The notes beneath the pieces were generated by a model. That model ran no database searches and was not told the DNA's origin. It saw only the letters and a program-made list of their open reading frames with translations. Below, in pieces: positions 18,025 to 26,827 of a DNA stretch of 43,515 nucleotides. The position numbers and the translations under genes were made by a program. The first letter of the stretch is position 1. Each line of letters begins with the position of its first letter. Source of the DNA: Elusimicrobiota bacterium (GTDB lineage Bacteria; Elusimicrobiota; Elusimicrobia; UBA1565; UBA9628); contig DAHVNA010000001.1 of the NCBI GenBank assembly GCA_027319565.1, positions 1 through 43,515 of the forward strand, in the 5' to 3' direction.

Positions 18025-19323
18025 ATGTCTCAAGACAGTGTAATGGTTTCATCCGGGTCCGTGAGACTTCCACCAGGAGTAATGCTGGAGGAAGGCGCGC
18101 TCTTGGAATTTTTTAAATCCTTCGTCTATCGCGAGGAGGGGACTTTTTTGCCCGGGGCGCGTAGTCGATGGGGCGCCTCAGATTTAAATATTTCAGTCTT
18201 TACCAATGAATTTTGGACTTCTAGACAACGGCAGGCTTCTTCTATCCACGAACTTTCATATCGCGCCTGCTTTAAGCCTCAATTGCCGCGTTTTTTTATC
18301 GAGCTTTTGACTAAGCGAGGAGACACGGTTTATGATCCGTTCCTTGGGCGCGGCACTACGGCGATTGAGGCGGCGCTTTTGGGACGAGTTCCCATTGGAA
18401 ACGACATCAACCCGCTCAGTCAAATTTTGACTTGGCCAAGGTTGCGCATTCCATCTTTAGAAAAAATTTCTCGGCGTTTAGATGAAATCCCTTTGTTGAA
18501 AAAACGTCAGGCGACAATCGATTTGTCGATGTTTTATCATCCGGACACGGAAGCGGAAATCGTATCGCTAAAAAATTATTTGGCGCAACGATTGGCGGAA
18601 GGCAAGGAAGATGACGTTGACCGCTGGATCCGTATGGTGGCGACTAACCGCTTAACTGGGCATTCCAGGGGATTTTTCTCGGTTTACACCTTACCACCCA
18701 ATCAGGCGGCCTCCCAGAAAGATCAGATGCGTATCAATGAAAAAAGAGGGCAAAAGCCGGAATATCGGGATGTAAAAGCGATTATCCTTAAAAAAACCAA
18801 GAGCCTGTTAAAAGACTTGACGCCCCTGCAAATTGAGGCGCTGGACATTTCTTCTCGGTCCGCTTTATTTCTTGCCAACGATGCGGCAAGAGTTCCGGAA
18901 ATTGAATCAGGGTCCGTGCAGTTGACGGTCACATCCCCGCCGTTTCTGGACATCGTCGAATATTCAAAAGATAATTGGCTACGCTCTTGGTTCAACGAGA
19001 TTGATGCGGGTCTTGTCGCCTCAAAAATAACGATGTCTAAGACAGTGAAAGAGTGGGCTCATGAAATGGAAAACGTTTTCCACGAGTTATACCGGATTAC
19101 GGCTAAAGGCGGCTATGTCGCCTTTGAGGTTGGAGAGGTGCGCAAAGGGAAAGTTAAGCTTGAGGATTGTGTTGTTCCATTGGGCCTCGCCGCCGGTTTT
19201 CATTGTATTGCGATCATGGTTAACGAGCAGCGGTTTACCAAGACGTCGAATATTTGGGGCATAAGTAATAACGCTTCCGGGACTAACACAAATCGTATCG
19301 TTATTTTTCGCAAAATGGCTTAA
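18025..19323 (+). CDS. Site-specific DNA methyltransferase, N4-cytosine type
   Basis: Motif I DPFLGRGTT precedes motif IV TSPPF. Start could be TTG 18001. Confidence 0.85.
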   Translation: MSQDSVMVSSGSVRLPPGVMLEEGALLEFFKSFVYREEGTFLPGARSRWGASDLNISVFTNEFWTSRQRQASSIHELSYRACFKPQLPRFFIELLTKRGDTVYDPFLGRGTTAIEAALLGRVPIGNDINPLSQILTWPRLRIPSLEKISRRLDEIPLLKKRQATIDLSMFYHPDTEAEIVSLKNYLAQRLAEGKEDDVDRWIRMVATNRLTGHSRGFFSVYTLPPNQAASQKDQMRINEKRGQKPEYRDVKAIILKKTKSLLKDLTPLQIEALDISSRSALFLANDAARVPEIESGSVQLTVTSPPFLDIVEYSKDNWLRSWFNEIDAGLVASKITMSKTVKEWAHEMENVFHELYRITAKGGYVAFEVGEVRKGKVKLEDCVVPLGLAAGFHCIAIMVNEQRFTKTSNIWGISNNASGTNTNRIVIFRKMA

Positions 19324-19327
19324 GAGA

Positions 19328-20011
19328 ATGGGTTATCCAGAAGCGTCGGGAGAAGAAAGTCTTGTCTATGACATCGTTTATGTCAAGCGGCTTGAATCCG
19401 CCGTTAGGCAGATGATTGAGCCGTTAAGAAATGTTCCATTTAGACTCGTGATTGAGTCTTTGTCCGGGCATAAAATTGTTCCCTTCAACCGGAAGGATAA
19501 AAAAGATCAGCGTCTTCTTGATCTGCTCAAAGAAACAGCGAAGGTCGCTACTAAAAATATTAATAAAACTGGTATCCGTAAACGCGTCAATGAGGTTGGG
19601 AATGCCGTGGAGCCCTTCGTTGAGGATGCGCTCAATTCGCTGAAAGCGGTTGCGAACAAACCAAAAGTTCGCGGGAAAACAAAAGCGGCTGGATATCCGG
19701 ACTTGGAATTTCTTGATCTTGATGGACGCTTGAATTATCTTGAATGTAAGACCTTTAGCGAAAAGACCAAAGCGACCACGCAACGCTCATTTTATCTTTC
19801 TCCATCTGAAGATTTTAAGGTCACGCAGGATGCTCGTCACTTCGTTTTATCATTGGAAATGTCTCAGGATGGGCGCAATATCCATCGCTGTAAAGGCTGG
19901 AAAATCGTATCATTAGAAAATCTAGTGGTTGACGTAAAGCATGAGTTTAATTCGGATAATAAGAGGCTTTATGCGTCAGAGCTTGTGCTGGATCAAGGAG
20001 TTGTTTCCTGA
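19328..20011 (+). CDS. Putative Type II restriction endonuclease
   Basis: NEVGN, GYPD..YLECK PD-(D/E)xK motif. Lies 4 nt downstream of the MTase. Confidence 0.7.
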   Translation: MGYPEASGEESLVYDIVYVKRLESAVRQMIEPLRNVPFRLVIESLSGHKIVPFNRKDKKDQRLLDLLKETAKVATKNINKTGIRKRVNEVGNAVEPFVEDALNSLKAVANKPKVRGKTKAAGYPDLEFLDLDGRLNYLECKTFSEKTKATTQRSFYLSPSEDFKVTQDARHFVLSLEMSQDGRNIHRCKGWKIVSLENLVVDVKHEFNSDNKRLYASELVLDQGVVS

Positions 20012-20029
20012 TTCAGGAGCGATAAATCC

Positions 20030-20818
20030 ATGGCCAAATTAAAGCAAGAGTTGATCATTGATCAGCAGGGGCCAATTGGAATTTTGACTTTAAACCGTCC
20101 CGAGGCTTTAAACGCTTTAAGTCATCCTCTGATGGACCAAATGGAAGAGGCGTTGAAAAATTTTGAGGCTGACGCCGCTATTCGCGTGGTCGTCATTGCG
20201 GGATCTGAGAGAGCTTTCGCCGCGGGCGCGGATATTTCGGAAATGCAGGGAAAAACGAGCGCCGAAATGCGTGCGGATTTACATTTATCTCGCTGGGACA
20301 AGGTGTCCAATTTCCTCAAGCCGACGATCGCGGCGATCAGCGGATACGCTTTAGGCGGCGGATGTGAATTGGCTTTAGCCTGCGATTTAAGAGTCGCTTC
20401 GGAAACCGCGGTTTTCGGTCAGCCCGAAATTTCAATCGGGGTCATTCCCGGAGCGGGGGGAACCGTGCGACTGGCGAGACTCTTGGGGCGGGCGTTGGCT
20501 TTGGAGATGGTTTTAACCGGGCGCAGAATATCGGCCCATGAGGCGTTGAATTTGGGAATGGTCAACCGCGTGGTTCCGGTGGAACTGTTTTTGGATGAGG
20601 CGATCAAATTGGCGCATCAGATTGCCGCCATGCCGCCGCTTGCGGTCGCGGCGGCCAAAAAATCCGTTCTTTCGGCCTTGAGCCCGGATTATCCGTCTTA
20701 TCCCGCCGCCCTTCAATTAGAGCGGGAGCTTTTTTATTCGCTGTTTGACACCGAAGATCAAAAGGAAGGAATGCGCGCGTTTATCGAAAAACGCAAACCC
20801 AACTTTAAAGGAAAATAA
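20030..20818 (+). CDS. paaF: Enoyl-CoA hydratase (PaaF-like)
   Basis: LNRPEALNAL, AFAAGADI, GGGCELA, FGQPE, EGMRAFIEKR. Confidence 0.8.
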   Translation: MAKLKQELIIDQQGPIGILTLNRPEALNALSHPLMDQMEEALKNFEADAAIRVVVIAGSERAFAAGADISEMQGKTSAEMRADLHLSRWDKVSNFLKPTIAAISGYALGGGCELALACDLRVASETAVFGQPEISIGVIPGAGGTVRLARLLGRALALEMVLTGRRISAHEALNLGMVNRVVPVELFLDEAIKLAHQIAAMPPLAVAAAKKSVLSALSPDYPSYPAALQLERELFYSLFDTEDQKEGMRAFIEKRKPNFKGK

Positions 20819-20819
20819 A

Positions 20820-21623
20820 ATGGCCGAAGCCCTTCAAACACGACCGCTTCTCGTCGAAATAAACGGCGCCGTGATGACTCTGACCTTAAACCGTCCCAAT
20901 GTTCTCAATGCGCTCACTCTTGAAATGATGAAGGGGCTTTTAGAGGCTCTTAAAAAGGCGGAAAAAGACAAAAATATCGGTTGCGTAATTTTAACGGCCT
21001 CAGGCCGCGCTTTTTGTGCCGGCGCCGATCTGGGTGATCTTAAAAAACGGCAAGAGGAGGCTCCGTTTTCTTTAGGCGATGAATTGCGGCGTCATTTTAA
21101 TCCGCTGATTCTTCAAATTCGCCGCATGGAAAAACCCGTGATCGGGGCCGTCAACGGCCTTGCCGCTGGAGCCGGAGCGAGCTTGATTCTATCGACCGAT
21201 CTCAAAATCGCGAGCCGGGATGCGAAATTTATCAACGCCTTTTCGCGCGTGGGTCTTGTCCCCGATTCCGGCATGACTTATTTTATGCCCCGCTTTCTTG
21301 GAATGTCTTTGGCCCTTGAATACGCCTGGACGGCTAAGCCCATTACGGCGGAAGAGGCTTTTCGCTTTGGCTGGGTCAATCGTCTTGCGGATCCCGGACA
21401 AGTCATGGATGAGGCGCGGAAATTGGCTCAAGAGCTGATTGCGGCCCCGCCCTTGGCTATTGCCTTGACCAAGCGCGCGATGAACCGCTCTTTTGAAAAC
21501 AACTTAGAGACGCAGATGGAATACGAGGCGCAGCTTCAAGAGGTGTTGGGAAAAACGCATGATCACGCGGAAGGAGTCGCTGCATTTCTTGAAAAAAGAA
21601 AGCCGCGCTTTGAGGGAAGATAG
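20820..21623 (+). CDS. paaG: Enoyl-CoA hydratase/isomerase (PaaG-like)
   Basis: AFCAGADL, AAGAGASL, AFSRVGLVPDSG. Adjacent to paaF-like and paaA-like genes. Confidence 0.75.
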   Translation: MAEALQTRPLLVEINGAVMTLTLNRPNVLNALTLEMMKGLLEALKKAEKDKNIGCVILTASGRAFCAGADLGDLKKRQEEAPFSLGDELRRHFNPLILQIRRMEKPVIGAVNGLAAGAGASLILSTDLKIASRDAKFINAFSRVGLVPDSGMTYFMPRFLGMSLALEYAWTAKPITAEEAFRFGWVNRLADPGQVMDEARKLAQELIAAPPLAIALTKRAMNRSFENNLETQMEYEAQLQEVLGKTHDHAEGVAAFLEKRKPRFEGR

Positions 21624-21631
21624 GAGGGCTT

Positions 21632-22459
21632 ATGCCAAAAGAACCTGAGCGAATCAAAGAAGAAAAACTTCACGAGAAATTAAAATCCGGCGGAAAAGTC
21701 GAGACCCTTGAAGAAATGACAGAGGAGTATCGGGAAAATCTCACGCATCTCATGATGATGCAGGCCGATTCGGAACTGGCCGGCGCGTTTGGTTATGTCC
21801 CGTGGATTATGAAATCTCCGGACATTAAAGAAACTCTGCAGGTGTCTCAAATTGTCAAAGACGAGGTTCGTCACGCTCGGGTGATGTACCGGCTTCTGGA
21901 AGGGATGGGGCTTGACGTGGAAGAGTATTACAAAAAACATAATTTCAATTTGCGGGTGAAAGATGAGGACATCGGGACTCAGCGCGTGTCCGATGACAAA
22001 CGCGTCAACATCTTCTATTATCCGATTGAAACCTGGTATGACTTCATCATGTTCAATTTTTGCATGGACCGGGGCGCCGGACACCAACTTGAAGACGCGC
22101 TCGATTGCTCCTACAAGCCTTGGTGCGACGTGATGGACGGCATCTTCAAAGAAGAAGGCATGCACATGGCGCATGGGGATCAGTGGACCGAAAAACTCGC
22201 CAAAGATGATAAAACCCATGACGATCTCCAAAAGGCTTTGGACAAATGGTATCCGCGCACGATGAATATTTTCGGGCGCGCGGGATCTCCGAGAAACGAA
22301 ACCTACCGCAAGCTCGGGCTCAAAAAACGGGGAAACGACGAGGTCCGGCAGTCTTTCGCCGCCGATGTGAAGGATAAGTGCGCGAAATTTGGCCTCAAGG
22401 TTCCCGATTGGAAGCCCGAAATCTCGAAGATGACCGAAGAGCCGTTTATTCCGGGGTGA
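21632..22459 (+). CDS. paaA: Divergent phenylacetyl-CoA epoxidase subunit A-like di-iron protein
   Basis: Ferritin-like ligands DSELAG, DEVRH, DRGA, KEEGMH. IFYYP and NDEVRQSF motifs resemble PaaA. Confidence 0.7.
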   Translation: MPKEPERIKEEKLHEKLKSGGKVETLEEMTEEYRENLTHLMMMQADSELAGAFGYVPWIMKSPDIKETLQVSQIVKDEVRHARVMYRLLEGMGLDVEEYYKKHNFNLRVKDEDIGTQRVSDDKRVNIFYYPIETWYDFIMFNFCMDRGAGHQLEDALDCSYKPWCDVMDGIFKEEGMHMAHGDQWTEKLAKDDKTHDDLQKALDKWYPRTMNIFGRAGSPRNETYRKLGLKKRGNDEVRQSFAADVKDKCAKFGLKVPDWKPEISKMTEEPFIPG

Positions 22460-22484
22460 CTTGGACGCAGCCTTTATTCCTTGA

Positions 22485-23564
22485 ATGATTAAGAAGGTCG
22501 GCGTTTTGGGGGCGGGGACGATGGGTTCGGGTATCGCCCAGCTGTGCCTTCAACGCGGATTTCCGGTGTTAATCTATGACGCGGTTCCGGAGGCTCTGTG
22601 TTCCGCCGCCGGAAAAATTCGCCAGAATCTTGAAAACGCCGCCGCTAAAAATAGAATCACGTCGGAGGCGCTTCAGTTTGCGATTCAAAACGTCATTTAC
22701 GCCAAGGATCTTAAAGAGTTTGTGGGGCTGGACCTCGTCATTGAGGCCGTGACTGAAGACCTTGCCATTAAAAAAAACATTTTAGCTCAGGTTGAAGAAA
22801 TTTGTCCCCAGGCGATTTTGGCGACCAATACCTCTTCTTTTCTTGTTTCAAACGTGGGAGAAGAACTGAAAGACCCGGGCCGATTTCTGGGGCTCCATTT
22901 TTTTAATCCACCGGTCGCGATGAAACTCGTCGAGATGATTCGCGCCCCGAAAACGGACGCCGCTATTTTCGAGGAAGCAAAAAAATTTATTGATGAATCT
23001 CTTCAAAAAACGGCGGTGGCGGTCAAAGACACTCCCGGCTTTATCGTCAATCGCGTCATGCGGCCTTATTACTTGGAGTCTCAGCGCGCGGTTTTGGCCG
23101 GAGCCGGTATTTCAGAGCTAGATTCCGCTGCCCGGGAAATTGGGAAAGTTCCGATGGGGCCTTTTGAACTCATGGATTTAATCGGCTTGGATGTTAATCT
23201 CGCCATTACTAAAACGATCTATGAGGCGTTTAAGCGACCCGAGAGGTTTAAGCCGCAACCCATTCAAGAGCATTTAGTCTCCTTGGGACATAACGGGCGA
23301 AAATCGGGGCAAGGGTTTTATCTCTACCAAGACGGAAAATGTGTTGGCGAAAATCCGGAGGTGGCAGTCGTCGCGGCGGGAGATGGAGATTTGTCGGATT
23401 TAGAAGCGTGGGAGTGCGTGATAAATGCGGTTACTCAAGAGGCGGAATTGGCCTTTAAAGAAGGAGTTGCGACGAAAGAAGATATCGATCGGGCGATCAC
23501 TCTCGCGATGAATTTCCCGCGCGGGCCATTTTCATGGAAAAACGAAAGCGCAAAGCCAAACTAA
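22485..23564 (+). CDS. paaH: 3-hydroxyacyl-CoA dehydrogenase (PaaH-like)
   Basis: GAGTMGSGIA, EAVTE, ATNTSS, GLHFFNP, PGFIVNR, PMGPFELMDLIGLD. Confidence 0.85.
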   Translation: MIKKVGVLGAGTMGSGIAQLCLQRGFPVLIYDAVPEALCSAAGKIRQNLENAAAKNRITSEALQFAIQNVIYAKDLKEFVGLDLVIEAVTEDLAIKKNILAQVEEICPQAILATNTSSFLVSNVGEELKDPGRFLGLHFFNPPVAMKLVEMIRAPKTDAAIFEEAKKFIDESLQKTAVAVKDTPGFIVNRVMRPYYLESQRAVLAGAGISELDSAAREIGKVPMGPFELMDLIGLDVNLAITKTIYEAFKRPERFKPQPIQEHLVSLGHNGRKSGQGFYLYQDGKCVGENPEVAVVAAGDGDLSDLEAWECVINAVTQEAELAFKEGVATKEDIDRAITLAMNFPRGPFSWKNESAKPN

Positions 23565-23761
23565 AAAATCAAAAGTTGCATGAGCTGATTCGTCAATACC
23601 CGGAGATTCTGCCGATTTTAGACCGCTACGGCATTTCATTTTGCGCGGGGTGTTATTTGACCCTGACGAAAACCCCCAAAGAAGCCGCCGCTTTTCACGC
23701 CGCGCCGGACGCGCAAAAATTTCTAAAAGATTTGTCCCGTGCCGTCTTAAAAAAGTCTTAA
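23534..23761 (+). CDS. Small DUF1858 / ScdA-N-like Cys protein
   Basis: YPEILPILDRYGISFCAGC. Confidence 0.65.
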   Translation: MEKRKRKAKLKNQKLHELIRQYPEILPILDRYGISFCAGCYLTLTKTPKEAAAFHAAPDAQKFLKDLSRAVLKKS

Positions 23762-23764
23762 AAC

Positions 23765-24796
23765 CTATTGATGCCCCGTTCTCATCCGCGGGTCTACGAC
23801 CGCGTAGAGAATATCCGAAACGAGGTTTGCGAGCACAAATAAAAGAGCGGCCAGTAAGGTCGAACCCAAAACCCCGGGAACGTCTAATTGTTGGGCGGCG
23901 ACGACTCCCCAGTGGCCGATGCCGGGGTAATCGAAAACCGTTTCGGTGATGACCACTCCGCCCAAAAGCCCGACAAATAAAAGGCTGGAAAGCGTGATGA
24001 CGGGGATCAGCGCGTTTTTGAGGGCGTGCTTGACGATGACGGTTTTTTCATCCAGACCTTTGGCCCGCGCGGTGCGGATATAATCTTTTCCCATTTCCTC
24101 AAGCATGGATGATCGCGTGATACGCAAAATAAGAGCGATTTCGATGTAGATCAAGGTTAAGGCCGGCAAGACCAGATGTTTGGCGATATTGAAAAAGGCG
24201 GCGAACTGCCCGTTTAAAAGCGCGTCCAAGCTTAAGAGCCCGGTATAATTGTGAAAAGAGGAAGAGTGAACCAAAATATCGACATCAATAGAGTATCTTC
24301 CCGGCGGGAACAGGTGAAATTCTCCGTAAAAAATCATCAATAGAAATAGGCCGAAGACGAAACTCGGCAAGGAGTAACCGGTGATCGCGACAAAGCGCAT
24401 CAGTTGATCAAACCAACTGTCCTTGTAAACAGCCGACAAGACGCCGAATAAAACGCCAAAAATCAAGGTCGGAAAAAAGGCCGCGATGGCGAGTTCCGCC
24501 GTCGCCGGAAAAAACGCCCGGATGGCGTCTAAGACCGGCATTTTGGCGGTTTCGCTATATCCCAAATCTCCGTGCAGAACCCCTTTAAGCCAAATCGCGT
24601 ATTGAACCGGCATCGGCTTATCAAGTCCGTATTCCCGAATAACTTCGTTAAGATGGGCCATTTGCCGCGGGTCTTTGATGTAGAGGGCGGCGCGCATGTC
24701 CGGAGATAAAAACTGGAGAATCGCGAATAAAAGCGCGGTGACCCCCAGCATCACCAAGGGCAGCATCGCCAGCCTGCGCAGAATGAATTTAATCAT
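23765..24796 (-). CDS. oppB: Peptide ABC transporter permease (DppB/OppB)
   Basis: MIKFILRRL, YGLDKP, GDLGYS, TRSSMLEEMGKDYIRTARAKGL, DILYAVVDPR. Confidence 0.9.
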   Translation of the reverse strand: MIKFILRRLAMLPLVMLGVTALLFAILQFLSPDMRAALYIKDPRQMAHLNEVIREYGLDKPMPVQYAIWLKGVLHGDLGYSETAKMPVLDAIRAFFPATAELAIAAFFPTLIFGVLFGVLSAVYKDSWFDQLMRFVAITGYSLPSFVFGLFLLMIFYGEFHLFPPGRYSIDVDILVHSSSFHNYTGLLSLDALLNGQFAAFFNIAKHLVLPALTLIYIEIALILRITRSSMLEEMGKDYIRTARAKGLDEKTVIVKHALKNALIPVITLSSLLFVGLLGGVVITETVFDYPGIGHWGVVAAQQLDVPGVLGSTLLAALLFVLANLVSDILYAVVDPRMRTGHQ

Positions 24797-26624
24797 GGTT
24801 GATTTTTCCTGTTTTGGGAAGTTCTTTGTAAAGCGGGTAAAAATAGGCGCTTCGAACCGGATTATAAACCCAACCGTGCACCCAGCTTCTCCGAACATGT
24901 AGCTCAAAAGGTTCTACGATCAGAATATGCGGAACGTCCTGGTATTCAATCTCTTGTAATTTCCAGTAAAGCTTCTCTCGTTTTTTGAGGTTTAATTCGC
25001 GCGCGGCTTGTTTAATAATCTTGTCGGCCATGGGATTTTTATAGCCCTGGGTGAAGGGATAGACTCCTCTTGAGTCCATGAGGGGAAAAGCGAAATCGTC
25101 GGGATCCGGAAAGTCCGCGGTCCAGCCAATGACAAAAATAGGGACGCGCGCGGAATTAAGCGCGTCCAAAAAAGTGGACCAATCCATGGGCCTCAGATCC
25201 ATATGAAACCGCGGGTTTAAGCTTTCTACATTGTGCTGGAAAATATGGGCGATCGCCATCGAGGGGCTTGAACCCGCGTTATATTCCATCGTAAAACGAA
25301 AGCCTTTTTGCCAAACTTTTCCGCTTAGGGCTTTTTTGAAATAGGCTTTCGCTTTTTTTAAGTCGAGGCGATAGGTTTTTTGATTGGGATTGTGCCCCAG
25401 CATCCCTTTGGGGATACATCCATTGGGCTGAAAACCTTTTCCGCCTTCGATGTCCCGAATATATCCTTGATAATCGAAGCTGTAAGCGAACGCCTTGCGG
25501 ATGTTTTTATGAGAAAAAAAATCGGGCGGAATTCCCTGCCCATCGAGTTTGCCGGAGCCGATAAAAGAGTTGGCCTGCGTGCTAATATGAAAAGTGAAAA
25601 AAGCCGAGGGATTAGTCCCTAAAATTGGCACATCGGCGATTTTAATTCCCGGCATATTCTGAATTTGGGAAAGATGCTGACGGCTAATCGAAATCGAATC
25701 AGCCGCCCCTGATTCAAATAGAAGTTTCTGAGTCTCAAACTCGTTAATACTGCGAATAACAATATGTTTAAGCCGCGCGGGCTTTCTCCAGTAATGATCG
25801 TTGCGGTTTAAGACAATCTCATGAGTTTTACGGTCCCATCTTCCCAGCGAAAAAGCTCCGGTTCCATTGGTTTTTTCAAAGAAGGGGGAATCTAGTTTTT
25901 TAGGATTATTGAATTTTCGCCAGGTTTTAAGACTCCCGTCCCAGCCTCCTCGACGAACCGTCCATTTTTCGGAGACAATTGGGGCCCAGGTCGCTAAAAT
26001 CGAGAGAAGCGGCGCGTAGGGTCTTGGCAGGGTCAAGATGAGATTATTCCCCTGAATTTGAACGGCCTTAAACGCCCGCCGTCCGATCCCGGGGATAATC
26101 TTTCCAGTGTCATCTCGCGTGCTGGGAACTCCCAAGAGCGGTTGAAGGAGAAGTACCGAAGGCCCTCCGTCGCGATCGGAAAGCATAAAGCGCAAAATAG
26201 AATAGCGCACGTCTTCAGGCGTCATCGGAGTTCCGTCCTGGAAAAAAACGCCTGTCCTTAGAGGAATTGTATACCTTCGTCGATCTTTGGAGATGAGACC
26301 ATTTTTTCGGGATGGAATCTTCGTGGCCAGCAGGGGGTCTAGCTTTTTAATTGAGGATTTGTGGTAAGAAAAAAGCGTTTCATAAATATTGAGGATAATG
26401 GTGCTGGTGGGAACATCATAAGCCCAGGCGGGATCGAGGCTGTCATAGCCGCCCTTGGTCAAGACGACGTAGGTTTCGGGATCAAAAGCGGCTTGCGCTG
26501 TCGGGCGCGCGCGGCAGGAGGCGAAAACGGCGAGAAACGGAAAGCAAAAGAAAGAAACGGAAAGAAACGAAAGGAAACGGGAGGCAACGGGAGGTTTTCT
26601 CTGTTTTCCGTTTTGATCTGCCAT
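24789..26624 (-). CDS. oppA: Peptide ABC transporter substrate-binding lipoprotein (DppA/OppA)
   Basis: Lipobox FASC, SLDPAWAYD, NIYETL, FQDGTPMTPEDVRYS, GTGAF, GWTADFPDPDDF. Confidence 0.9.
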   Translation of the reverse strand: MADQNGKQRKPPVASRFLSFLSVSFFCFPFLAVFASCRARPTAQAAFDPETYVVLTKGGYDSLDPAWAYDVPTSTIILNIYETLFSYHKSSIKKLDPLLATKIPSRKNGLISKDRRRYTIPLRTGVFFQDGTPMTPEDVRYSILRFMLSDRDGGPSVLLLQPLLGVPSTRDDTGKIIPGIGRRAFKAVQIQGNNLILTLPRPYAPLLSILATWAPIVSEKWTVRRGGWDGSLKTWRKFNNPKKLDSPFFEKTNGTGAFSLGRWDRKTHEIVLNRNDHYWRKPARLKHIVIRSINEFETQKLLFESGAADSISISRQHLSQIQNMPGIKIADVPILGTNPSAFFTFHISTQANSFIGSGKLDGQGIPPDFFSHKNIRKAFAYSFDYQGYIRDIEGGKGFQPNGCIPKGMLGHNPNQKTYRLDLKKAKAYFKKALSGKVWQKGFRFTMEYNAGSSPSMAIAHIFQHNVESLNPRFHMDLRPMDWSTFLDALNSARVPIFVIGWTADFPDPDDFAFPLMDSRGVYPFTQGYKNPMADKIIKQAARELNLKKREKLYWKLQEIEYQDVPHILIVEPFELHVRRSWVHGWVYNPVRSAYFYPLYKELPKTGKINHD

Positions 26625-26630
26625 GCGCTC

Positions 26631-26639
26631 ATTATGCCA
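26631..26639 (-). promoter_or_regulatory. Extended -10 promoter, leaderless
   Basis: TGgCATAAT, 6 nt before ATG 26624. Confidence 0.55.
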
Positions 26640-26677
26640 TTTTCCGAGATGGGCTCAGAAGTTCCAGGGCAGAAACG

Positions 26678-26812
26678 CTATCTTCTGAGCGCCGTCAAAA
26701 TCGCGACCCAGAGGAAAAATAGGAGAGTTAAGAGAACAAAGGCAAACGAGTATTCATGGCCGGTGGGAATCAATCGGCTGGAATACCAGGTCACTCCTCT
26801 GGTTGTCTCCAC
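26678..26812 (-). CDS. Candidate small single-TM protein (not in ORF track)
   Basis: GTG 26812 or 26794: (METTRG)VTWYSSRLIPTGHEYSFAFVLLTLLFFLWVAILTALRR*. Confidence 0.35.
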   Translation of the reverse strand: METTRGVTWYSSRLIPTGHEYSFAFVLLTLLFFLWVAILTALRR

Positions 26813-26827
26813 TGGAGACAGGTGATC

